Part shown: piece by piece, positions 37,045 through 43,128 of the stretch
Layout: every line of letters begins with the position of its first letter
Position numbering within the stretch: position 1 is the stretch's first letter
IMG/VR virus record: IMGVR_UViG_3300031853_000013
Span: 1 to 64,000 of that record
DNA: 64,000 nucleotides
Direction: 5' to 3' (one strand)
Source: a virus
Lineage: Duplodnaviria; Caudoviricetes
Notes under the pieces: generated by a model
The model's database searches: none
What the model was told of the DNA's origin: nothing
What the model saw: only the letters and a program-made list of their open reading frames with translations
Program-made: the position numbers and the translations under genes

Positions 37045-37425
37045 GGTCTCCCAGAATTTACGATCCTTTTCGAACTCCTTGCATACTCGGTCATAAATAT
37101 CAACCAGAGTTTCCTCGCTGTTATGAGCATCTCGACCAGCATTATATTGGGCAAGAGCGTCAGTGTACCCAAACTCGAATCCTTTAGACCATGGCACTTT
37201 ACGAAACTTTGTTCTCGGAGATTTTACAAACTGCTGGCCTAGCACAACGTCCGAAAACTTATAAGGAAGATATCTACCGTCGAGCGCATGAAATCTCTTG
37301 CACGCATGCTGATACCCTTTATAGTACCCGTTAATATACGCCTTAAAACGGATCTTATTCATAATGCGTTTGAAAATATCAATCATTAGAGTCCTCCGAT
37401 GTTGGCATACGTTCAAGAGCATCAA
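37021..37425 (-). CDS. Hypothetical protein (start probably near 37386)
   Basis: GYYKGY...GFEFGY; stop lies in the hexamer of element 18. Confidence 0.6.
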   Translation of the reverse strand: MMLLNVCQHRRTLMIDIFKRIMNKIRFKAYINGYYKGYQHACKRFHALDGRYLPYKFSDVVLGQQFVKSPRTKFRKVPWSKGFEFGYTDALAQYNAGRDAHNSEETLVDIYDRVCKEFEKDRKFWETSQTKQLP

Positions 37426-37795
37426 GATCGCGTGTAACAGACTCTATTCGATTGCGATGCACGTATGATGGGTAATCATATACCATGGATTTGTTGTATT
37501 TAAGAGCCGTGACATATTCAGTCCAGCATCCTTTAGCCTTGAACCAATCACCTGCAAAATATACTATATCTGCGTCAGCCATCTTTTGGATTGACGATCC
37601 GAGATACCACAAGCGATCTGGATTTGCAGGCATATTATCGTGATGAATGGTATCAATAAGAGTGGCAGTTTCGTCTTCCTTTAACTCGCCATTTTCGATG
37701 AGATCTTTCTTAATATCAGCGAAATACTTATCCATATCAGCTTTGATCTCATCATCTGATCGCCCATTCATGCTCATTGAAATAAAGATTTTCAT
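37379..37795 (-). CDS. DUF4406 / nucleoside 2-deoxyribosyltransferase-like protein
   Basis: KIFISMSMNG...WYLGSSIQKMADADIVYF..DW.KAKGCWTE. Confidence 0.7.
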   Translation of the reverse strand: MKIFISMSMNGRSDDEIKADMDKYFADIKKDLIENGELKEDETATLIDTIHHDNMPANPDRLWYLGSSIQKMADADIVYFAGDWFKAKGCWTEYVTALKYNKSMVYDYPSYVHRNRIESVTRDLDALERMPTSEDSND

Positions 37796-37835
37796 ATCCT
37801 AATTCCTCCTTAGAAAAATAAAAGAGAAAGGGGCA

Positions 37836-38117
37836 TTACGCCCCAGTCTCCTCTTCGGTTGTTTCGTCCTTCTCGTCGGATTTGTCATCCTCATACGTAC
37901 TATCCGGCAGTAATGCCTCAGTAACATCATGGGCGGTCTGCCCCGCAATGCCCGCCGCACCGACCATAAGTGCAATATAACCAATCGCCTCAATCGGGTT
38001 CTTGATTTTGTTGTCACCTACGATCTTGCAGCCAACTCTGTTTGCAAACATGCCTCCGCCAATCGCACTTACCCCGCTCACCACTGCAAGGATAGTTTCC
38101 TTCGTCTTCTTGTTCAT
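37836..38117 (-). CDS. Two-TM cassette protein with acidic tail
   Basis: Ends GA-stop in the same hairpin as 28551-28823. Confidence 0.7.
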   Translation of the reverse strand: MNKKTKETILAVVSGVSAIGGGMFANRVGCKIVGDNKIKNPIEAIGYIALMVGAAGIAGQTAHDVTEALLPDSTYEDDKSDEKDETTEEETGA

Positions 38118-38158
38118 AACAAAATTCCTCCTAAATATAAATTTGGACATTACATCCT

Positions 38159-38183
38159 ATTATAGACCCTGCGCCGTTTGCGA
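38159..38183 (-). promoter_or_regulatory. TCGCA element 19
   Basis: TCGCA AACGGCG CA GGGTC TATAAT. Confidence 0.8.
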
Positions 38184-38564
38184 GCTATTGAGTCTTTTAA
38201 TCTTGCCGTGTTTATCTAAACGCATGATGAGGCGCAATATTGCGAGAACGTCTTCATCAGTGAGATTATACACAACGTCATTTGTTATCTCAGTATCGTA
38301 TGTAAGATGACCCGATGAATCCATAACACCAAGCTCGAATAGATCTCGTCCTTGAACACTTAGATGCCATTTTGACTTAACCACGCTGGCTCCCCATAAA
38401 TATCCAGGAAATGTAATCTTGTATCGAAAGCCACCTTCGTCATGATTGGTTTTAATCACTCCGCCCATATCCTTGATTGTCTGCTTAGTAGATTCAGAAA
38501 ACGGACTCAGCCATACTTTCTCTCGTCTGGTCCACGATTCTACCAAGATAGGTTTCTCTTCCAT
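38160..38564 (-). CDS. Hypothetical protein
   Basis: AAGGAG RBS; YxITFPGYxWGASVV...FELGV. Confidence 0.65.
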   Translation of the reverse strand: MEEKPILVESWTRREKVWLSPFSESTKQTIKDMGGVIKTNHDEGGFRYKITFPGYLWGASVVKSKWHLSVQGRDLFELGVMDSSGHLTYDTEITNDVVYNLTDEDVLAILRLIMRLDKHGKIKRLNSSQTAQGL

Positions 38565-38633
38565 ATCATATACTCCTTTAATTTCGAAAGGCAAAAGGGA
38601 CCTGTTAAAGTCCCCTCGCCTCTGACCATAAAT

Positions 38634-38858
38634 TCAATCGTTCTTCCACGGCTGATACTCGTCATACATCTTCTGATACTTGGCTTCCAGCGTTGTCAAA
38701 TACTTAGTCATTTTCTCAAGCGCGGACATCTCCTTAGCCGTAAGTGTGCTTTCGACATACTTGCTGTCGAGCATCTTACGAGCTCCATTAGCCGCGTCAT
38801 GTGAATAATACTTAGCATCCACAAGTGCTTTCTTCTCCAGTTCATTTAACTTTTTCAT
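38634..38858 (-). CDS. Small helical cassette protein
   Basis: AGGAGG RBS; hairpin at about 38594-38615. Confidence 0.7.
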   Translation of the reverse strand: MKKLNELEKKALVDAKYYSHDAANGARKMLDSKYVESTLTAKEMSALEKMTKYLTTLEAKYQKMYDEYQPWKND

Positions 38859-38902
38859 AACAAATTCCTCCTATAGAATATAAAGTTTGAACTTATCGTT
38901 CT

Positions 38903-38927
38903 ATTATGAGGGCTGTCTATTTTGCGA
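38903..38927 (-). promoter_or_regulatory. TCGCA element 20
   Basis: TCGCA AAATAGA CA GCCCT CATAAT. Confidence 0.8.
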
Positions 38928-38963
38928 GAAAAAGAGAGCGACATTGAGCCGCCCTCGAACTGC

Positions 38964-39413
38964 TTACCAGGTATCCCTGAGGCAGACACTGTCCTTGTAA
39001 ATTTCCGTTCCAATATAGGCCTTATCAAACGGTTCTTCACCGTTGATACCTGCCATAATATTGACAACGATATCTTTATCAGCACAAATGTCTCTGATTT
39101 CCTCAAGCTTACCCATAATGGCAGCCTCGGTCTGATCAATATCGATCTCCTTTCTCAGCATTTCTGCAATTTCCTGATCGTCTACATTCAGCGTGTTCGG
39201 TCCAGCTACCTTTTCGCCGCCTGTGATAACTCCGCCAAGATTACCGAACTCATCGTCGACCGAAGAGCACGCCTTCTTAAAGAATACAAATCCGCCAACA
39301 GCTACTGCTGCGCCGATTGCTCCTTTAACAATCGTACCCTTGTGGTCGTGCCAGAATGATTCGGTTTTAACCTTAACCTCATTCACACGCTCCTTAAAAG
39401 TCTTCTTTTCCAT
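38964..39413 (-). CDS. Membrane-anchored cassette protein; paralog of 39989-40441
   Basis: EKKxFKER...W.D...TM...KKA...C.DK shared. Confidence 0.75.
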   Translation of the reverse strand: MEKKTFKERVNEVKVKTESFWHDHKGTIVKGAIGAAVAVGGFVFFKKACSSVDDEFGNLGGVITGGEKVAGPNTLNVDDQEIAEMLRKEIDIDQTEAAIMGKLEEIRDICADKDIVVNIMAGINGEEPFDKAYIGTEIYKDSVCLRDTW

Positions 39414-39463
39414 AATAATTACCTCCTATAAATATGAATTTCAGGATAGCTTTAATGCTACCT

Positions 39464-39488
39464 ATAAAGAGACCTGTCTAGATTGCGA
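39464..39488 (-). promoter_or_regulatory. TCGCA element 21
   Basis: TCGCA ATCTAGA CA GGTCT CTTTAT. Confidence 0.8.
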
Positions 39489-39535
39489 AAGACTAAAGAG
39501 GCCTGTATAGACCCCTTTAAGTCGTCTGCGGTTTA

Positions 39536-39913
39536 TTACTTCAGGATCCGCATATCCCGCAAGATGTCCTCTGTGTATTCGCCAGCACGCTTACGCTGAA
39601 CAAGTTCGGTTCTCTCAGCATTCGTCATGTTCCGCTTGAGCTCCCAATGAAGCCCGGTGGCTGGATCATAGTAGCATTTATCCATGCGATCTTCGTGTCT
39701 GTCTTGTGCACTACCGCGTACGAGTTTAATTAATTTTACCGTACCAGTAGCCGCTCCAATAACGACAGGAAGAGCTCGAACAATCTCGCCACTATGATCA
39801 GCCGTCCATCTGAGAGCCTCATTAGCTCTATTGCTTACCGCGGTTTTGATCTCTGAGATTTTGTCTCGAATCTTATCCTTTGTACTGCGTGTGTCGTTTA
39901 CAATAATTTCCAT
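39536..39913 (-). CDS. Cassette protein with hydrophobic segment
   Basis: WTADH, YYDPATGLHWELKR; RBS 2 nt after element 22. Confidence 0.75.
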   Translation of the reverse strand: MEIIVNDTRSTKDKIRDKISEIKTAVSNRANEALRWTADHSGEIVRALPVVIGAATGTVKLIKLVRGSAQDRHEDRMDKCYYDPATGLHWELKRNMTNAERTELVQRKRAGEYTEDILRDMRILK

Positions 39914-39931
39914 TTACGACACCTCCTTTCT

Positions 39932-39956
39932 ATTATAGAACCTGTCTAATTTACGA
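39932..39956 (-). promoter_or_regulatory. TCGCA element 22 (TCGTA variant)
   Basis: TCGTA AATTAGA CA GGTTC TATAAT. Confidence 0.72.
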
Positions 39957-39988
39957 GAAAAAGAAAGGGGACTTGTGCCCCTCTCTGA

Positions 39989-40441
39989 TCAAATATCACG
40001 ATCAATACAATATCCACTGTGCGTGTAATGTTCCAGATCGAAATACTCGGGATAATCACTGGATCCTCCCAGCATTGCTCCCAGAGAAATTTCGACTCCT
40101 TTATCCTTACACGTTTCGTGAAGTGTCTGCATCTGATCGATAATCCGATCGTCCAGTTCTACAAGTCCTTTCTCTTCCCAAACCTTATCAGTCAGGAGTT
40201 CAATCTTGTCAGCCTTAGTGCCGCTCAAAGTATCAGGGTCGATCTTCGTGAGTTCCTTTAAATCACTCAGTCCTCGCTCCTGGATACTAGCTACCATGCC
40301 GTCTCCCGCCTTCTTCAAAGCAAAGATACCAGCAATACCAGCTCCAACGATAAGAGCTCCAGTGATAACCTGCTCATCATAATCGTCCCACCATTCCTTA
40401 AGTCTTTCCTTGAACGGCTTCTTTTCCTTAGCATTTTTCAT
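39989..40441 (-). CDS. Membrane-anchored cassette protein
   Basis: Start reassigned to MKNAKE downstream of element 23. Confidence 0.75.
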   Translation of the reverse strand: MKNAKEKKPFKERLKEWWDDYDEQVITGALIVGAGIAGIFALKKAGDGMVASIQERGLSDLKELTKIDPDTLSGTKADKIELLTDKVWEEKGLVELDDRIIDQMQTLHETCKDKGVEISLGAMLGGSSDYPEYFDLEHYTHSGYCIDRDI

Positions 40442-40474
40442 AAATATCATTCCTTTCCGAACCGTTTTTGGTTC

Positions 40475-40499
40475 ATTAAGTGAGTTGTCTAAATTGCGA
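40475..40499 (-). promoter_or_regulatory. TCGCA element 23
   Basis: TCGCA ATTTAGA CA ACTCA CTTAAT. Confidence 0.8.
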
Positions 40500-40523
40500 A
40501 AAAAAAAAACAAGGAGGAAGCTG

Positions 40524-40748
40524 TTACACTTCCTCGTTCTCGTAAAACCGCTGTTGTCTGGCAGCCTCTTCAAGTGCCTGTGATAAGTGGTCATACTCTT
40601 TGTAATCATGTCTCTCTGTGCACGGTCCTTCTTCTCGAATCGTGAAGAGATGATACTCAACAAAGTAGCCTTCCTGCCTATCAATCTTAACCTTGAAGAA
40701 TCTACCATCGATCTTAACCTCGTATTTTACAATATTCGTAATAGTCAT
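40524..40748 (-). CDS. Cassette protein in triplicated frame (ends EEV)
   Basis: Shares leader and 3' hairpin with 41949 and 42801 but has an unrelated core. Confidence 0.75.
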   Translation of the reverse strand: MTITNIVKYEVKIDGRFFKVKIDRQEGYFVEYHLFTIREEGPCTERHDYKEYDHLSQALEEAARQQRFYENEEV

Positions 40749-40795
40749 AATTTTCCTCCTTTAATTTCGGGGATCAGCCCTTTGCTTCTCCCTCT

Positions 40796-40820
40796 ATTAA
40801 GAGGATTGAAAATCATGCGA
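40796..40820 (-). promoter_or_regulatory. TCGCA element 24 (TCGCAT subclass)
   Basis: TCGCA TGATTTT CA ATCCT CTTAAT; ATGCAA 33 bp upstream. Confidence 0.8.
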
Positions 40821-40905
40821 GAGCAGAGTTTTGGAGTAACAAGTAGCATGCAAGAACGGCAAAAAACTAAAGAGACCTGTATAGATCCCTTTAGCTCATC
40901 AATAC

Positions 40906-41129
40906 TTACTTGCTATCCTTATTTCTCATGATGATTGAAACCAGGATAAGACATACTGCCACTATCAGGAGCATTTCACTCATTTATTACCATCCTCCTT
41001 TCTGCGCTTCTCAGGCTTAGCTATAACTGCAATGATCAGTGAGATTACATCACGTATAATCGACACTGAGCCTACAATTATCAATGCTAGAAGCACTGCA
41101 AGCACAATCAGTATTGTTTGAATAATCAT
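40906..41129 (-). CDS. Two coupled hydrophobic peptides (40980-41129, 49 aa; 40906-40983, 25 aa), not in ORF track
   Basis: AAAGGAG RBS; MIIQTILIVLAVLLALIIV... and MSEMLLIVAVCLILVSIIMRNKDSK; ATGA overlap. Confidence 0.65.
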
Positions 41130-41166
41130 AAGCTTACTCTCCTTTCTAGTAGTCAATAAGACTCCT

Positions 41167-41191
41167 ATAAAGAGAGCTGTCTAGATTGCGA
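41167..41191 (-). promoter_or_regulatory. TCGCA element 25
   Basis: TCGCA ATCTAGA CA GCTCT CTTTAT. Confidence 0.8.
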
Positions 41192-41225
41192 AAAAAAGAG
41201 AGGCGAGTTGCCACTCCTGCAAATA

Positions 41226-41531
41226 TCAATCGACATACGTAAATCTAGTTGTCAGAATAAAGCCGGTCTTCAAGTCGTAATCATACTCAGTCTGCGTACA
41301 ATTGCTCGGAGATACGACAATAAACGTCTGAACTTCTTCAACGCTGTCGGGATCTTCCCAGTGGCCCTCGCCATACTTATTCGATATTTCCTCCTTCATG
41401 TCTATAATGCCTTGCTCATACCATTTAAGTTCTCTTGTCTCGGTGATTTGTTCTGCGTGACTAGTTGTGTTTCCACATCCTGTACATATAATAGCACATA
41501 TCACCATAATCATAACAAAAGTCTTTTTCAT
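41226..41531 (-). CDS. Putative lipoprotein
   Basis: MKK plus hydrophobic core and lipobox-like CTGC. Confidence 0.7.
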   Translation of the reverse strand: MKKTFVMIMVICAIICTGCGNTTSHAEQITETRELKWYEQGIIDMKEEISNKYGEGHWEDPDSVEEVQTFIVVSPSNCTQTEYDYDLKTGFILTTRFTYVD

Positions 41532-41572
41532 AATGATCGCTCCTTTAATTATAGTAAGGCGTAATACCTTCT

Positions 41573-41597
41573 ATTAAGAGGATTGAACCATTTGCGA
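41573..41597 (-). promoter_or_regulatory. TCGCA element 26
   Basis: TCGCA AATGGTT CA ATCCT CTTAAT. Confidence 0.8.
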
Positions 41598-41639
41598 AAA
41601 AAGAAAGGGGCGTGTTTAGTTTACGCCCCTTTAATAACA

Positions 41640-41861
41640 TCAGTCCTCCTTTTTCGGCTCACCTGCCGGATGCATGATACCGATCTCCCTCTCTTCCTTA
41701 GCGTAGAAAAGCTCAAATTCGTTGATGTACTCCCTCACGTCTCTATCACTGAGCCACACACTTGTGTCAGTGCTGAAACGCTTTTTGTACGCCTCCTTTA
41801 CAGCCTCTTCAAACGCCTTGTCGAGAGCGTTCAGTCTCATTTCTTTTACATGCATATCCAT
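41640..41861 (-). CDS. Small cassette protein
   Basis: GGAGG RBS; terminator AGGGGCGT...ACGCCCCT-TTCTTTTTTT. Confidence 0.7.
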   Translation of the reverse strand: MDMHVKEMRLNALDKAFEEAVKEAYKKRFSTDTSVWLSDRDVREYINEFELFYAKEEREIGIMHPAGEPKKED

Positions 41862-41903
41862 TTAGCATACCTCCAATAAAATATAATTTGGACTTGGTGT
41901 CCT

Positions 41904-41928
41904 ATAATAGGAATTGACCAGTTTGCGA
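41904..41928 (-). promoter_or_regulatory. TCGCA element 27
   Basis: TCGCA AACTGGT CA ATTCC TATTAT. Confidence 0.8.
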
Positions 41929-41948
41929 GAAAAACAAGGAGGAAGCTG

Positions 41949-42167
41949 TTACACTTCCTCGATTTGTACTTGGCAGAGATCAATAAGCCTCTTATCCAAG
42001 GTTCGGGTTTTTGCATCAAATTCTTCTCTGGTTAACTCACCACTCAAATACTGGATCCTCCAGTCGTTGAGTAGATCAGCTATCCGATCTATTAATTGAT
42101 TATTAGCCTTCACCTGCATCGGTCTTACAATCGTCTCTACATATTCCTTCTTAGTCATTATAATCAT
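41949..42167 (-). CDS. Cassette protein (ends EEV); paralog of 42801-43010
   Basis: VKANNQLIDRIADLLNDWRIQYLSG vs VKANDQIVNRIADLLNDIRIEYISG. Confidence 0.8.
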   Translation of the reverse strand: MIIMTKKEYVETIVRPMQVKANNQLIDRIADLLNDWRIQYLSGELTREEFDAKTRTLDKRLIDLCQVQIEEV

Positions 42168-42211
42168 TTCCTCCTTTAGTTTGGGGAGTATAGCCCTTTG
42201 CTTCTCCCTCT

Positions 42212-42236
42212 ATTAAGAGGATTGAAAATCATGCGA
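42212..42236 (-). promoter_or_regulatory. TCGCA element 28 (TCGCAT subclass)
   Basis: Identical to elements 24 and 30. Confidence 0.8.
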
Positions 42237-42304
42237 GGAGCGGAGTTTTGGTGTAGCCAGTAGCATGCGAGAGAAGAGTTTTTGGTACGACCAGTGTTAT
42301 GCGA
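42231..42304. repeat. 34-bp phased repeats upstream of element 28
   Basis: ATGCGA at 42231, 42265, 42299. Confidence 0.8.
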
Positions 42305-42365
42305 TAGGGCAAAAAAGAAAGAGACCTGAAGCCTTTACGACCCCAGGTTCTTCCTTTAGCGTGTC

Positions 42366-42740
42366 TTACTTGTCCGTCTTAAAGAAGTCGCGAACATCAG
42401 TGACCCTGTTCTTGAACCACTTCGGTACGACCTGATCTTGGTCATATACCATCATCAGGAACGTCGACCCGAGTCCAGCTAAAATAGTGGATCCGCCAGC
42501 AATTACAGCATTAGGATCAACTTTCTTCCGCTGGGGTACAGTCTGTGCTACATTTGCACGCTGTTCCGCCAAAACAGTAAGATTGTCAATCGCCCTGCTA
42601 TATTCGCAAGACTGACTCCCTTTCTCAGCCAGAATCTTCGCAGCGTCCTGCTGGGCAACCGCGATCTGTTCGTCCAGTACTTCAAGTACCGTCTTGGGTT
42701 TCTGTGTTTTAGTCTTCTTTTTGAACATTTTCTTGTTCAT
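42366..42740 (-). CDS. Cassette protein with C-terminal hydrophobic segment
   Basis: AGGAGG 1 nt after element 29. Confidence 0.7.
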   Translation of the reverse strand: MNKKMFKKKTKTQKPKTVLEVLDEQIAVAQQDAAKILAEKGSQSCEYSRAIDNLTVLAEQRANVAQTVPQRKKVDPNAVIAGGSTILAGLGSTFLMMVYDQDQVVPKWFKNRVTDVRDFFKTDK

Positions 42741-42755
42741 ATAAAACACCTCCTC

Positions 42756-42780
42756 ATTATAGTCCCTGTCCCGTTTGCGA
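42756..42780 (-). promoter_or_regulatory. TCGCA element 29
   Basis: TCGCA AACGGGA CA GGGAC TATAAT. Confidence 0.8.
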
Positions 42781-42800
42781 GAAAAACAAGGAGGAAGCTG

Positions 42801-43010
42801 TTACACTTCCTCAGTTTCTACGTTCCACAATTCAGCGATCCGATCTTTAGTCATCTGCCACTTCTCTTCGAATTCCTTTCGTGATATCTTTCCGCTTATA
42901 TATTCAATGCGAATATCGTTAAGCAGGTCAGCTATACGATTAACTATCTGATCGTTAGCCTTGACAATCATCTGTCTACCGAATCTGTCGTCAAACTCTT
43001 TCATAGTCAT
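42801..43010 (-). CDS. Cassette protein (ends EEV)
   Basis: Paralog of 41949-42167. Confidence 0.8.
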   Translation of the reverse strand: MTMKEFDDRFGRQMIVKANDQIVNRIADLLNDIRIEYISGKISRKEFEEKWQMTKDRIAELWNVETEEV

Positions 43011-43059
43011 AATAATTCCTCCTTTGTTTTGTGGGGATCAGCCCTTTGCTTCTCCCTCT

Positions 43060-43084
43060 ATTAAGAGGATTGAAAATCATGCGA
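43060..43084 (-). promoter_or_regulatory. TCGCA element 30 (first after the structural module)
   Basis: TCGCA TGATTTT CA ATCCT CTTAAT; ATGCAA 34 bp upstream. Confidence 0.8.
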
Positions 43085-43128
43085 GGGAAGAGTTTTTGGT
43101 GTGACTATTATTATGCAAGAGTATCAGG

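Noticed and set aside
39989-40708. 239-aa length of the ORF as given in the track
   Set aside because: The upstream extension overlaps another gene, a terminator and element 23; the real start is probably 40441
214-43084. TCGCA element as a sigma-54 (-24/-12) promoter
   Set aside because: Lacks the invariant GG and the GG-N10-GC spacing; the conserved CA is 2 nt closer than in TGGCAC-N5-TTGCA
6834-43118. Phased 34-bp repeats or cassette repeats as a CRISPR array
   Set aside because: Units are degenerate along their whole length, there is no repeat-spacer alternation, and no cas genes are present
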